Positions 31,317 through 41,490 of a stretch of DNA of 64,000 nt are shown here, piece after piece. The DNA is taken from NCBI GenBank assembly GCA_964398355.1, contig CAYNMM010000047.1, positions 11,738 to 75,737 on the forward strand. Reading direction: 5' to 3'. Position numbers and translations under genes: made by a program. The notes under the pieces are model-generated. The model did no database searches, had not been told where the DNA came from, and saw only the letters and a program-made list of their open reading frames with translations. This DNA is from an uncultured bacterium. Lineage in GTDB: Bacteria > Hydrothermota > Hydrothermia > B15-G9 > WFZT01. Position 1 is the first letter of the stretch; each line of letters opens with the position of its first letter.

Positions 31317-32480
31317 ATGGAATTTCAAAAAAGCATGATAGCAAGAAGGAATAGAAGTATTACCTCCTTCATAGTGATGGAAATACTGGAGAAAGCCCAC
31401 CGTCTCGAAAGGGAGGGAAGGGATATTATTCATCTTGAGATAGGGGAGCCAGACTTTGACACTCCAGAACCTATAGTGGAGGCTGGGATTAAAGCGTTGA
31501 AGAATGGGAGAACGCATTATACCCCAAGTCTTGGTATTCCTGAATTAAGAGAGAAAATTGCGGCTTTCTATTACAGTTACTATGGAGTAGAAATTTCTCC
31601 TGAGAGAGTAGTTGTGACAAACGGTACCTCTGGCGCCTTTCTCCTCATAATGGCAGCAATTCTTGATATTGGTGACGAATTAATCTTCACCGACCCGGGA
31701 TACCCCTGCTATCCTAACTTTGCACGGGCTTTTGATGCCAATCCTGTTTTTGTTCCGGTTTATGAGGAGGAGAATTTTGAAGTATCACCATCAAGGTTGA
31801 GATCAGCTTTATCGTCACGGACCAAGGCCATCCTTATAGCTTCGCCTGCCAATCCTACAGGGACACTTACACGACCGGAAGTTTTAAAGGAAGCGATAGA
31901 AATGGCTCCATTTTTCATTTCTGATGAAATTTATCATGGTCTCGTTTATGAAGGGAAGGAGCATACTGCACTTGAATTTTCAGATGACGTTATCGTTATA
32001 AACGGTTTTTCGAAACTTTTTGCCATGACAGGATGGAGACTTGGATGGATGATTGTTCCTCAGAAGCTTTTAAGAACGGTTCACAAACTTGCCCAGAATT
32101 TATTTATCTGTCCAAGCTCTATAGCACAATACGCGGCACTGGCGGCATTTAATGAAAGCTGGTCTTATGTGCTCGAAATGAAAGAAGAGTATGATGCGAG
32201 ACGGAAAGTCATTGTTAATGGATTAAGAAAACTGGGATTTGGAATCAAGTCGAGTCCCGCAGGTGCTTTTTATGTATTTGCAAATATTTCCAATTTCTCA
32301 AGTGATTCATTCAAATTTGCCCATGAGATACTGGACGAGGCAGGGGTTGCTGTAACCCCAGGGGTTGATTTTGGATCAAACAGGACGGAGAATTACATCA
32401 GATTTTCTTATGCAAACTCGCTTGAGAATATAAGAGAGGCATTAAGAAGACTCGAAAAATTTTTGAGGGAGAGAAAATGA
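31317..32480 (+). CDS. class I/II pyridoxal-phosphate aminotransferase (aspartate aminotransferase-like)
   Basis: 387 aa. DIIHLEIGEPDFDTP, SKLFAMTGWRLGW (PLP-Lys region). Confidence 0.8.
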   Translation: MEFQKSMIARRNRSITSFIVMEILEKAHRLEREGRDIIHLEIGEPDFDTPEPIVEAGIKALKNGRTHYTPSLGIPELREKIAAFYYSYYGVEISPERVVVTNGTSGAFLLIMAAILDIGDELIFTDPGYPCYPNFARAFDANPVFVPVYEEENFEVSPSRLRSALSSRTKAILIASPANPTGTLTRPEVLKEAIEMAPFFISDEIYHGLVYEGKEHTALEFSDDVIVINGFSKLFAMTGWRLGWMIVPQKLLRTVHKLAQNLFICPSSIAQYAALAAFNESWSYVLEMKEEYDARRKVIVNGLRKLGFGIKSSPAGAFYVFANISNFSSDSFKFAHEILDEAGVAVTPGVDFGSNRTENYIRFSYANSLENIREALRRLEKFLRERK

Positions 32481-32911
32481 GATTATTAACACGCTCAAGA
32501 TATGCTGTGAGAGCCATCCTTGATCTTGCCATGAATCAGGATGGTAGACCGGTTTTCATTAGAGAAATAGCTGAGCGTGAGGGTCTTTCTGAGCGGTATT
32601 TAGAAAATCTTTTTCTCCAATTGAAAAGAGCAGGTATCCTTGAGAGTTCAAAGGGGAGAGGAGGAGGTTTTAGACTCGCAAAAAATCCAGCGAATATCAC
32701 GCTTCTTGAAATTGTTGAGGCAGTCGAAGGGCATATAAGCCTTGTCGAATGTGTGGCTGATGAATCAAGTTGCGATAAAGTTAATATCTGCGCCCCGCAC
32801 GATCTCTGGAAAGAACTCGCCCAAAATATTCGTGATTTTTTGAAACAGTACACACTCCAGGACCTCATCCTGCTACAGAAGGAAAAATTACAAAAAGTAG
32901 CAGATTACTGA
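32477..32911 (+). CDS. Rrf2-family transcriptional regulator (IscR-like)
   Basis: 144 aa. MRLLTRSRYAVRAILDLA...GRGGGFRLAK wHTH. Cys cluster CVADESSCDKVNIC. ATGA-coupled to the aminotransferase. Confidence 0.8.
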   Translation: MRLLTRSRYAVRAILDLAMNQDGRPVFIREIAEREGLSERYLENLFLQLKRAGILESSKGRGGGFRLAKNPANITLLEIVEAVEGHISLVECVADESSCDKVNICAPHDLWKELAQNIRDFLKQYTLQDLILLQKEKLQKVADY

Positions 32912-33075
32912 CGTCTTCAACCCATAGATGTAAACACCAGAATCCCTCCGTTCCATTATGGGGGTATACCCTTTAATTGGTGAGTTACCAGAGTGAGGAT
33001 AAGGTGTGTTCGATGGTTAAAGTAATTATTATCCCTTTAGTTAAGCCATGTTTTTACAGAAGGGAACAGCCAGAT

Positions 33076-33089
33076 GTTTCACGTGAAAC
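33076..33089. promoter_or_regulatory. 14-nt perfect palindrome GTTTCACGTGAAAC in the convergent gap
   Basis: Read directly. Located 3' of the hldD stop. Confidence 0.25.
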
Positions 33090-33092
33090 TTT

Positions 33093-34067
33093 CTAATCAC
33101 CCAGGTGTTTCTCTTGTTCGATGTAGTCTTTTATATATTCTCTAACAGCATTCTCAAAGGTGTAAAATTTTCCCGGATAACCGAGGCGTCTTAACTTTGA
33201 TATTTTGGCCTCTGTGTAATACTGATAGCGTGGTTTTAGCCAGTCTGGCATGTCTACGAATTCGATTTCAGGTTTCATCTCAAGGGCGTCAAAAACTGCA
33301 TGGGCGAGTTCAAGCCAGGAGTGAGCTTTCCCTGTCCCAACATTGTAAATTCCGTATGCGTGTGGGGTTTTAAAAAGATACATCACAACCTCAACAACAT
33401 CCTTAATATAGATAAAGTCTCTCTTTTGCTCTCCATCACGATATTTCGGATTGTACGATTTGAAGAGTTTTATTTTGCCCGTCTGTTTGATTTCCTCATA
33501 GGCCTTTAAGATCTTACTTCGCATCTCCCCTTTGTGGTATTCATTAGGGCCATAAACGTTGAAAAACTTGAGTCCGATTGTGTGGCGATGAAGATTGTTC
33601 TCATACAGCCACAGGTCGAAGATGTGTTTGGAAAATGCATACGGGTTGAGAGGGCGGAGTGAATGCAGAAGAACCTCGTTGTCATCGAATCCAAGGTTTC
33701 CACTTCCATAAGTTGCTGCACTTGAAGCATAGATAAATTTTATTCCTCGGTTGATAGCATAGGTGGCAAGTTTCTGTGAATATCTGAAGTTGTTTTCAAT
33801 GAGAAAACTCATATTCTTTTCCAATGTATCACTACGAGCCCCCATGTGAATAATAGCCTCCAGCTCAGGGATATCCTTATCCTGTTCGATGATTTTTAAG
33901 AATTCGTCCTTTTCAAGATAGTCTTTATAGTAAAGCGGAGATAGATTTTTCCACTTATCCGAGCTTCCAAGGTGATCCACGATTAAAATGTCTCTTCGGT
34001 CCTCCTGATTTAATCTCCACACTATTGCACTCCCTATAAAACCCGCTCCACCTGTAACTATGATCAT
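33093..34067 (-). CDS. hldD: ADP-L-glycero-D-manno-heptose-6-epimerase
   Basis: 324 aa. MIIVTGGAGFIGS, YASSAATYG, FNVYGPNEYHKG, KRDFIYI, RYQYYT all collinear with E. coli HldD/RfaD. Confidence 0.85.
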   Translation of the reverse strand: MIIVTGGAGFIGSAIVWRLNQEDRRDILIVDHLGSSDKWKNLSPLYYKDYLEKDEFLKIIEQDKDIPELEAIIHMGARSDTLEKNMSFLIENNFRYSQKLATYAINRGIKFIYASSAATYGSGNLGFDDNEVLLHSLRPLNPYAFSKHIFDLWLYENNLHRHTIGLKFFNVYGPNEYHKGEMRSKILKAYEEIKQTGKIKLFKSYNPKYRDGEQKRDFIYIKDVVEVVMYLFKTPHAYGIYNVGTGKAHSWLELAHAVFDALEMKPEIEFVDMPDWLKPRYQYYTEAKISKLRRLGYPGKFYTFENAVREYIKDYIEQEKHLGD

Positions 34068-34221
34068 GCTTTAACCTTAAAACAAATGTGAAAATTTTTC
34101 AACGTGCCACCGAAGAAATTTAGTCAGATTGCCCAAATTTCGAAATTGATTTCCCGGACCAGGAGATTTATACAAAATTCTCATTGATGAAAATTCAAAT
34201 GAGTTGGGGTAAATTTGAAGT

Positions 34222-35268
34222 ATGATCAAAATTGACGGAAGTTACGGTGAAGGCGGTGGCCAGATATTAAGAACTGCCCTTTTTCTATCTCTTGTTACGT
34301 CCACGCCTTTCAAAATATTCAACATCAGGTCCTCTCGAAAGAATCCAGGCTTGAAGAGGCAGCATCTAACTATAATCAGGGCTCTAAAAATGCTCACAAC
34401 TTCTGATGTCGTTGGTGACAAATTGGGTAGTAGGGAATTGGAGTTTATACCAGGAAATATCTTTGGGGGAAATATTGATCTTGATGTAGAAACGGCAGGT
34501 AGTATTCCACTTGTTCTTCAAACCCTCATCCCCGTTCTCCTCTTTGCCCGTAATTCCTCCAAATTGATAGTCTACGGTGGTACTGATGTTTCGGGTGGAA
34601 TGACCATGGATTACATGCATTATGTACTTATACCACATCTCTCCCGATTTGTGAATAAAATCTCCATCAATGTATGGAGGAGAGGATACTATCCGCGGGG
34701 AAATGGAAAGGTAGAGATTGAAATAATCCCACGGTATCACACCTTCGGAGATGTTAGACGTGAAGTTTCTCCGTTGAAGCTTGATTCTTGTGGAAAATTG
34801 AAGTCCGTATCAGTGTATTCTGTTTCTTCAACCAGGCTTAGGGGAAGAAAGGTAGCGGAAAGACAGGTCGAAGGTGTACTGAGGGTCCTTTCAGAATTGC
34901 TTTCGAGAACAGGAATTTCACCCGAAATTTATGTTAGATACGAGAGGAGTTTTTCACCTGGATGTTCCATTCTTATTACTGGCAATCTGGGAAAAAATTA
35001 TACAATTGGTAGCGACGGGATCGGTAAGCTGGGAGTTCCTGCTGAGAAGATCGGCGAGGAAGCGGCAAAGAAGTTTGTTTATGAAATTGAGCAGGGAGCA
35101 TGTGTGGATCGTCACCTCCAGGACAATCTAATCCCGTTCCTTGGAATAGTGGGAGGCAGAATGCGAGTGTCAGAAGTTACCACTCACACGAAGTCCAACA
35201 TCTGGGTAACCGAAAAATTTTTACCCGTGAAATTTGAGGTCAGGGGCAATCTCATCGTATCTCGATAA
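34222..35268 (+). CDS. rtcA: RNA 3'-terminal phosphate cyclase
   Basis: 348 aa. [24 protein letters not shown]-terminus typical of RtcA. Confidence 0.85.
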   Translation: MIKIDGSYGEGGGQILRTALFLSLVTSTPFKIFNIRSSRKNPGLKRQHLTIIRALKMLTTSDVVGDKLGSRELEFIPGNIFGGNIDLDVETAGSIPLVLQTLIPVLLFARNSSKLIVYGGTDVSGGMTMDYMHYVLIPHLSRFVNKISINVWRRGYYPRGNGKVEIEIIPRYHTFGDVRREVSPLKLDSCGKLKSVSVYSVSSTRLRGRKVAERQVEGVLRVLSELLSRTGISPEIYVRYERSFSPGCSILITGNLGKNYTIGSDGIGKLGVPAEKIGEEAAKKFVYEIEQGACVDRHLQDNLIPFLGIVGGRMRVSEVTTHTKSNIWVTEKFLPVKFEVRGNLIVSR

Positions 35269-35320
35269 GTCCCTGTCCCGGTCAATTATTTTCCATTATG
35301 ATATTAATCTGGAGGTTAAG

Positions 35321-36604
35321 ATGTTTGAGGAAAAACTTTTTAACACAGATAGAGATATTTTTGAGGCGATCCTCAATGAGACCAGGAGACAGAGTGAAGG
35401 TCTTGAGCTGATAGCTTCGGAAAATTTCACATCTGACGCTGTTCTTGCTGCACTTGGAAGTGTTCTGACCAATAAATACGCAGAAGGTTATCCTGGAAAG
35501 AGGTACTACGGGGGATGCGAATTTGTTGATGTTGTTGAGAGACTTGCGATAGAACGTGCCAGGGAGCTTTTTGGAGCAGAGCATGCGAATGTACAGCCAC
35601 ATTCAGGTTCTCAAGCAAATATGGCTGTCTACTTTGCCGTTTTGAAGCCAGGTGACACCATTCTGTCAATGGACCTTTCCTGTGGTGGTCACCTTTCACA
35701 CGGTAGCAGGGTCTCATTTTCGGGCAAGTTATACAACGTTGTTTATTATGGCGTTGATCGGGAGACGGAGTATATTGATTTTGATGAAGTTGCAAAACTT
35801 ACCAGGGAATACAGGCCAAGACTAATTATTACAGGTTATTCAGCATATCCACGCAGGATAGATTTTGCAAAGTTCAGGGAAATTGCTGATAGTGTGGGGG
35901 CATATCTCATGGCTGACATTGCCCACATTGCGGGGCTGGTTGTGGGGAAAGTACATCCGGATCCGGTGCCTTATGCTCATTTTGTCACTACCACAACTCA
36001 CAAGACTTTAAGGGGGCCAAGAGGCGGATTGATACTAACATCAAAAGAATTTGCAAAAGCCATTGATAAGGCGGTTTTCCCTGGAATGCAAGGAGGTCCA
36101 CTTGAGCATGTTATTGCTGCTAAGGCCGTTGCATTCAAGGAAGCAATGAGACCAGAATTCGTTGAATATCAAAAGAAAATTGTGGAAAATGCGAGAGCAC
36201 TCGCGGAAACATTGCTCTCCAATGGTCTTAGACTGGTTTCCGGGGGTACTGACAACCATCTCATGCTGGTGGATACACGCAGTGTGAAAATGACCGGTAA
36301 GGTAGCTGAAGCGCTACTTGCTGAGGTGAACATCACGGTCAACAAAAACTCTATCCCTTACGATCCAGAAAAGCCTACTGTTACAAGTGGAATCAGAATC
36401 GGGGTTCCTGCAATTACAACCAGAGGTATGGGAAAAGATGAGATGAGAATTATAGGTAAAATCATTGCAGACGTGCTGAAGTATCCTGATGACGAAGAAG
36501 TCAAGAAAAAAGCTCGCAGTAGAGTCCAGGAGCTTGTTAGGGCCTTCCCACTCTATCGAGAAAGAATTGACGTTATGGAAAAAATTGTGGAACTTCAGGG
36601 ATGA
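35321..36604 (+). CDS. glyA: serine hydroxymethyltransferase
   Basis: Start at Met30 of the track ORF (GGAGG RBS). [42 protein letters not shown] motifs. Confidence 0.95.
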   Translation: MFEEKLFNTDRDIFEAILNETRRQSEGLELIASENFTSDAVLAALGSVLTNKYAEGYPGKRYYGGCEFVDVVERLAIERARELFGAEHANVQPHSGSQANMAVYFAVLKPGDTILSMDLSCGGHLSHGSRVSFSGKLYNVVYYGVDRETEYIDFDEVAKLTREYRPRLIITGYSAYPRRIDFAKFREIADSVGAYLMADIAHIAGLVVGKVHPDPVPYAHFVTTTTHKTLRGPRGGLILTSKEFAKAIDKAVFPGMQGGPLEHVIAAKAVAFKEAMRPEFVEYQKKIVENARALAETLLSNGLRLVSGGTDNHLMLVDTRSVKMTGKVAEALLAEVNITVNKNSIPYDPEKPTVTSGIRIGVPAITTRGMGKDEMRIIGKIIADVLKYPDDEEVKKKARSRVQELVRAFPLYRERIDVMEKIVELQG

Positions 36605-37281
36605 GTCTTTCAGAGAAATTGATCAGGGAAAACAGTATCACCTGGAACAGTATCTTCTCTCATCCTTTCGTTCTCAGTATTGGCAGGGGTGATTTGCCAT
36701 TTGAAAAGTACATTTTTTTCCTGAAGGAGGATTATTTTTACCTGAAGGAATATTCTCGTGTACTTGCTATTGCTTCAGCGAAGGCGCCAGGTGAGGATCT
36801 TCAGAAATTTTTTGCCGAATTTCTCCATTCTACCATGACATTTGAAATGGAACTACATCGCAGAACGTGTGAGAATCTGGGGGTTTCCCGGGAAGTGCTG
36901 GATAGGCACGAGCCCACGGTTTTGACCCTTTCATATACCAATTTTCTCATAAAGACAGCCTACGAGGGCGATATTGTAGAAATTCTCGCATCCCTTTTCC
37001 CGTGTGAGTACAGCTATTGGGAAATAGGAAAATTTTTGAAAGAAAAAGGAATGCCGGAAAAAGCTGTTTATAAAGACTGGATTGAAACTTATTCTTCAGA
37101 AGAGTTTGGCAGGATAGCTTCTAAACTAAAGGAATTTCTTGATAAATTTTCAGAATCTGTGGGTGATAAAAAGTTTGAACGGATAAATGAGGTTTTCAGA
37201 GAAAGTCTGAGGTTTGAACTTTACTTCTGGGAAAATGCTTATAGGGAGGGGCTTATCAGGGATATTTTTAGCAAAAAATGA
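36601..37281 (+). CDS. tenA: TenA/THI-4 family aminopyrimidine aminohydrolase (thiaminase II)
   Basis: 226 aa. [28 protein letters not shown] typical TenA N-terminus. ATGA-coupled to glyA. Confidence 0.75.
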   Translation: MSLSEKLIRENSITWNSIFSHPFVLSIGRGDLPFEKYIFFLKEDYFYLKEYSRVLAIASAKAPGEDLQKFFAEFLHSTMTFEMELHRRTCENLGVSREVLDRHEPTVLTLSYTNFLIKTAYEGDIVEILASLFPCEYSYWEIGKFLKEKGMPEKAVYKDWIETYSSEEFGRIASKLKEFLDKFSESVGDKKFERINEVFRESLRFELYFWENAYREGLIRDIFSKK

Positions 37282-38162
37282 GAGTTGTCATACTTGGAGC
37301 CGGGCATGCAGGTATAACCCTTGCATATTTTTTCAAAAAAGCAGGTATGGATGTGACAGTTGTTGAAAAGGATTTTGTAGGTAGTGGTGAAACAGGCTAT
37401 TCCACTGGTATTTTCCCGATGGAGCAGAGCATTTTTGATTTTTACCGGAAAATAGAGGACTACACACTTCATTACTTCAGACCTGTAGTCTATGACCATA
37501 TAAAAGGAACCGAGAGAGGAAGGAGCATCTATGTAGATGGCTACAACTATGCTTATTACACCTCCATTGTGCTTGAAAAAGAGAGCGTAAAATTTGAAGT
37601 GTTGAGCCCCTATCAGGGAATTGAATTCGATGGAGAGAAAATTACGGGAATTAAAACCAACAGAGGAGTTTTTGGTGGTGATATTTTCATTGTTGCGGCG
37701 GGTGGATCAACCCCGTTTATTGTCCAGGAATTTGAAAATCTGGATGGAGTTAAATTTAAATGGGTGAGGTCCCTCCTTTTGAAACCAGTCGACCAGTTCC
37801 CCCGTCTTGTTATTTACGACGATAAATTTGTTATTAAGCCTGAGGGGAGGGATAGGTTGATTCTGAGGGAGAATGAGGGAATAGAAGTTGAGCCTGAGAA
37901 AGACATCGTGAATAAAAAACGGGGAGTAGATGAGAATTTTTATACGATCGTGTATGAATATTTCGAGAAGAAATATCCAGAATTGATGGACTCATCTATA
38001 GAAAGAGGATGGGCAACCCTATGTATGGAATCTAAAAAACCTGTGAAGAGATTAGACAGAATAAGAAATCTTTACATTTTTGCAGGATTTGGATGTATGG
38101 GGTTCAGCATTATTCCAAAGATGGCAGATAAACTCGTAAAGGAGGTTTTGAGAAATGGTTGA
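37278..38162 (+). CDS. FAD-dependent oxidoreductase, DAO family (short ThiO/glycine-oxidase-like)
   Basis: 294 aa. VVILGAGHAGITLAYFF...VTVVEK dinucleotide fold and C-terminal IFAGFGCMGFSIIP. ATGA-coupled to tenA. Confidence 0.6.
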   Translation: MRVVILGAGHAGITLAYFFKKAGMDVTVVEKDFVGSGETGYSTGIFPMEQSIFDFYRKIEDYTLHYFRPVVYDHIKGTERGRSIYVDGYNYAYYTSIVLEKESVKFEVLSPYQGIEFDGEKITGIKTNRGVFGGDIFIVAAGGSTPFIVQEFENLDGVKFKWVRSLLLKPVDQFPRLVIYDDKFVIKPEGRDRLILRENEGIEVEPEKDIVNKKRGVDENFYTIVYEYFEKKYPELMDSSIERGWATLCMESKKPVKRLDRIRNLYIFAGFGCMGFSIIPKMADKLVKEVLRNG

Positions 38163-38607
38163 CGACAGGTTTTTTGATCTCGAACTTTACGGTATTTATA
38201 AAGCTGTGAACGAGCAGCTTGGTGAGAAGACTTGGGAAATTGTCTGGAGATCTGGCAAAATAGTTCTTGATGAGATTTGGAGTGAGATAAACCCACAAGA
38301 TACAGACGACGTCTTCCTTGTTCTAAAAAATCTGGGGAACTACCTTTCAAAGGTTGGATACGTTGACTACATCGAAGTTGAGAAAGAGACAGAAACGAGG
38401 GTGAAATATACCATGGGAAAACCAGTTATTCTTCCAGGTGCTGAGAAGCTGATCAGAGAGGGGATGGTCCCGCCTCACATCTCGACAGCGTTGATGTTTG
38501 CTGCACTCAATAAACTTGGATATAAGGCGGAGATGGTCGGTGAGCCTGAATTTCTTGAAAATGATGTTGCTATTGAAGTCTGGGAAATAAAGCCACTTGA
38601 GGGTTGA
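38155..38607 (+). CDS. hypothetical 150-aa cytoplasmic protein (Cys-free; family not recognised)
   Basis: 8-nt overlap with the upstream oxidoreductase gene. No TM segment or signal peptide. Confidence 0.4.
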   Translation: MVDDRFFDLELYGIYKAVNEQLGEKTWEIVWRSGKIVLDEIWSEINPQDTDDVFLVLKNLGNYLSKVGYVDYIEVEKETETRVKYTMGKPVILPGAEKLIREGMVPPHISTALMFAALNKLGYKAEMVGEPEFLENDVAIEVWEIKPLEG

Positions 38608-38678
38608 TAGACAGCCTTAAAAAGTAGTTCTCGTGGTTTCCATAATTGATGCTGGGCTGGAGAGGGTTTTCAGAATGT

Positions 38679-39782
38679 CTATTCTTGATTCGATTTTTCT
38701 CTCGTCATTTCCTCAAGGAATTTCAACAATTTTCCTGCATTGTTGTTACAGTCGAAGTGTTTTGACCAGGCAAGTGCTCTGGAAGATAGAGTTTCACGTA
38801 ATTCCTTGTCTGTCAAAATGCGGATAATCTCTTTTGCTAACTTCTGAATATCTCCATAGGGATAGAGTATCCCGGTTTCCCCGTTTTTAACAGAATCTTT
38901 GAGACCGGGAGAATTGGCAGCAATGACAGGAGTCCCACAGGCATTGGCCTCGATCACTGTAAGACCCCATCCTTCTTTAATTGATGGATTCACGACGACC
39001 CAGCTTCTATTTAAAATCTCTATCTTTTTTTCTTCAGGAACAAACCCTGTGAATTCCACGTTCAACCCCTGGGCATAATTCATGAGTTTTCCCCTGTAAG
39101 GACCTTCTCCTACAATGGTCAATTTTGCATCAGGAACGTCTCTTTTCACAATCCTGAAAGCGTCTATCAGGTGGTCGATGGATTTGTATTTTGTTATTCT
39201 ACCGAGATAGGTAACCGATGGGTACGGGGTTTTAGGGATCCCAAGGACATGAAACTTTTCGCTGTCAACACAGTTGTAAATTATTCTCACATGTTTCACT
39301 CCTCTCTTCTTGAGCTCTTCAGCCGTACTCGGAGAGACTGCGATAAAAGGTATGTTTCTCGCAAATTTAAAGAATAAAAGTTCGGTGAGATAAACGTAGA
39401 GTGCCATTGGTCGAGGCACCTCAAGGAAAATGGATTTTCCGAACAGATGGTGAGCTATCCCCACTTTTGGCTTTTTCTCAAGAAGCAGTGTAAAGAAGGG
39501 TATTTTGTTAATGTCAAGGACTATAACATCAAAGTCTATCCTGTGAAATTTTGTCCAGTAGAAAAAGGGTAGAACAAAGTTAAAATAATTCCTGCCTCCG
39601 ATTCGGTAGAATTTCATACCATCGATAGTTTCTTCCTTTGGAGCTCCTTTGAAGCCTGAAACAATGACTGTTACTTCATGTCCCATACGGGCAATTCTAC
39701 CGAAAAAATCATGTAAGTGCACCTCTGCACCACCGGCACGAGGGTTTTTTATATCCTGCCAGTTTATTACCAGTATCTTCAT
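38679..39782 (-). CDS. glycosyltransferase family 4 (GT-B)
   Basis: 367 aa. MKILVINWQDIKNPRAGGAEVH and EGWGLTVIEANACGTPVIA motifs. Confidence 0.75.
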   Translation of the reverse strand: MKILVINWQDIKNPRAGGAEVHLHDFFGRIARMGHEVTVIVSGFKGAPKEETIDGMKFYRIGGRNYFNFVLPFFYWTKFHRIDFDVIVLDINKIPFFTLLLEKKPKVGIAHHLFGKSIFLEVPRPMALYVYLTELLFFKFARNIPFIAVSPSTAEELKKRGVKHVRIIYNCVDSEKFHVLGIPKTPYPSVTYLGRITKYKSIDHLIDAFRIVKRDVPDAKLTIVGEGPYRGKLMNYAQGLNVEFTGFVPEEKKIEILNRSWVVVNPSIKEGWGLTVIEANACGTPVIAANSPGLKDSVKNGETGILYPYGDIQKLAKEIIRILTDKELRETLSSRALAWSKHFDCNNNAGKLLKFLEEMTREKSNQE

Positions 39783-39856
39783 TGAGCTTGAATTTTAATC
39801 TGCGGATAATTTGTATGTCTATCCTTATAATTCTCGGAAAGTTTAAATGGAGGTGA

Positions 39857-41413
39857 ATGATGACAATTTTACTTGCTCTTATTCTTTTCAACCCTATGAA
39901 ACCACTTGCGCTATATGAACCTGGCAAGATATTGGTAAAGGGTGGAAAAGATACGGTAATCACGGATTATCTAAATATTCGAATCAATAGTGTCACAACA
40001 AATATTCAGAACGAAGAGCAGATTGTTATTAATCCACTTGATTCTTTGAATATGGTGGCAGTGTGGAGGGATTTTAGACTTGGATATCGACAGGTGGCTT
40101 TCGGCTATACCTTTGATGGTGGGAACACCTGGCATGATACACTTTTTGCTGGAACTCCATACGCATGGGACAGCGATCCAGGTGTAACGGTTGATGATTC
40201 AGGAAATTTTTATGCAGTTGTACTTTCCCTCCCACCAGACGCTTCGACCTCTGGAATCTTTGTTTTTAAATCCAGAGACGGGGGGATGACCTGGGAAGGT
40301 CCCTATACTGTTATTGATGCTCACTCGTCAGCATTCGAGGACAAAGAATTGATAACAGCAGATAATGTTCAAAACTCACCGTTTCGTGGCAATTTGTATG
40401 TTGTATGGACCAGGTTTTACGATTACACAAATGGTGGAATAAATATATCCGTTTCCAGTGATCACGGACTCACCTGGTCTTCACCTTTGCATATAAGTAC
40501 CCTAAGTTACGGGGTTCAATGGCCGGTTGTTACCGTAGGAGATTCTGGAATTGTTTATGTGGGCTGGCTTAATTACATGCTGGGCAGACTTGAGTTGGCG
40601 AAATCTTTCGACGGTGGCCAATCTTTCACCTCTCCCGTACCTATTACGGATGTTAATGGTGGATGGTATACGCTTAATCCCCAGCTTGAAGTTATTTCCT
40701 ACCCTGCACTTGCGACCGATGCAAACCCCGGGAGCCCATATTATGGAAACCTCTACGTAGTTTACATGGATTCGACTGATACCAGTGGGACAGACATATT
40801 TTTCAGAAAGTCTACTGATAGGGGCGAAAGCTGGACAAACCCCATTAGATTGAACGATGACTCAAGGAGGGCTACCACGGACCAATTCCATCCCTGGATA
40901 GATGTAGATCAGCACGGTGTCATAACAGTGATTTTCTATGACCGCCGAAATGATCCCAATAACATTCTGATGGATGTTTACCTGACCCAATCCTATGATG
41001 GAGGAGAAACATGGACGCCCAATGTTCGTGTAACGTCAGTTTCAAGCAATCCGGCAGCTGGAAAGTCCGGTCTCATCGGAGAATATATCGGGCTTGATAC
41101 GTGGAACGCAAAACCGTTTATGGTGTGGACAGATACACGTGAAGGAACACAGGATGTATATTTTGGAAAGGACACGACGACGGCACTCGTTGGAGAAAAT
41201 TTCCAGCAATTCAGTAAATGCCTACGCTCCAACATTGTGAAAAATTACATTGAACTGACGAAGCCTGTCCACTCCACGGTCAAAATAGTATCTGCTACTG
41301 GAAGGATCGTAAGGGAGTTTACAGGGAGGGAGGCTTACATAGGTGATTTATCGCAGGGAGTTTATTTCTTGAAGGGTAAAAAGATTCTGGACAGATTCGT
41401 TAAAATACGATAG
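39857..41413 (+). CDS. secreted BNR/Asp-box repeat protein with T9SS (Por) C-terminal sorting domain
   Basis: Signal peptide. Five SxDxGxTW-type Asp-boxes (SRDGGMTW, SSDHGLTW, SFDGGQSF, STDRGESW, SYDGGETW). C-terminal about 80 aa beta-rich tail ending ...GVYFLKGKKILDRFVKIR, typical of Por secretion tails. Confidence 0.65.
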   Translation: MMTILLALILFNPMKPLALYEPGKILVKGGKDTVITDYLNIRINSVTTNIQNEEQIVINPLDSLNMVAVWRDFRLGYRQVAFGYTFDGGNTWHDTLFAGTPYAWDSDPGVTVDDSGNFYAVVLSLPPDASTSGIFVFKSRDGGMTWEGPYTVIDAHSSAFEDKELITADNVQNSPFRGNLYVVWTRFYDYTNGGINISVSSDHGLTWSSPLHISTLSYGVQWPVVTVGDSGIVYVGWLNYMLGRLELAKSFDGGQSFTSPVPITDVNGGWYTLNPQLEVISYPALATDANPGSPYYGNLYVVYMDSTDTSGTDIFFRKSTDRGESWTNPIRLNDDSRRATTDQFHPWIDVDQHGVITVIFYDRRNDPNNILMDVYLTQSYDGGETWTPNVRVTSVSSNPAAGKSGLIGEYIGLDTWNAKPFMVWTDTREGTQDVYFGKDTTTALVGENFQQFSKCLRSNIVKNYIELTKPVHSTVKIVSATGRIVREFTGREAYIGDLSQGVYFLKGKKILDRFVKIR

Positions 41414-41490
41414 GCCAATTTTAATCTGAGTGTTAGGTTACCCGAGTTGGGAATGGATTTGCCCCGAAAGTCCAATAAGGTTAAAGGGAA

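Noticed and set aside
31269-31517. N-terminal 83-aa extension of the tricorn ORF
   Set aside because: It overlaps the divergent aminotransferase coding region. The internal Met has an RBS and a signal-peptide-like sequence.
34068-35320. Riboswitch (TPP, glycine, THF) upstream of rtcA or glyA
   Set aside because: No CUGAGA TPP box or other recognisable riboswitch core was seen. The spacers are short and AT-rich, like ordinary promoters.
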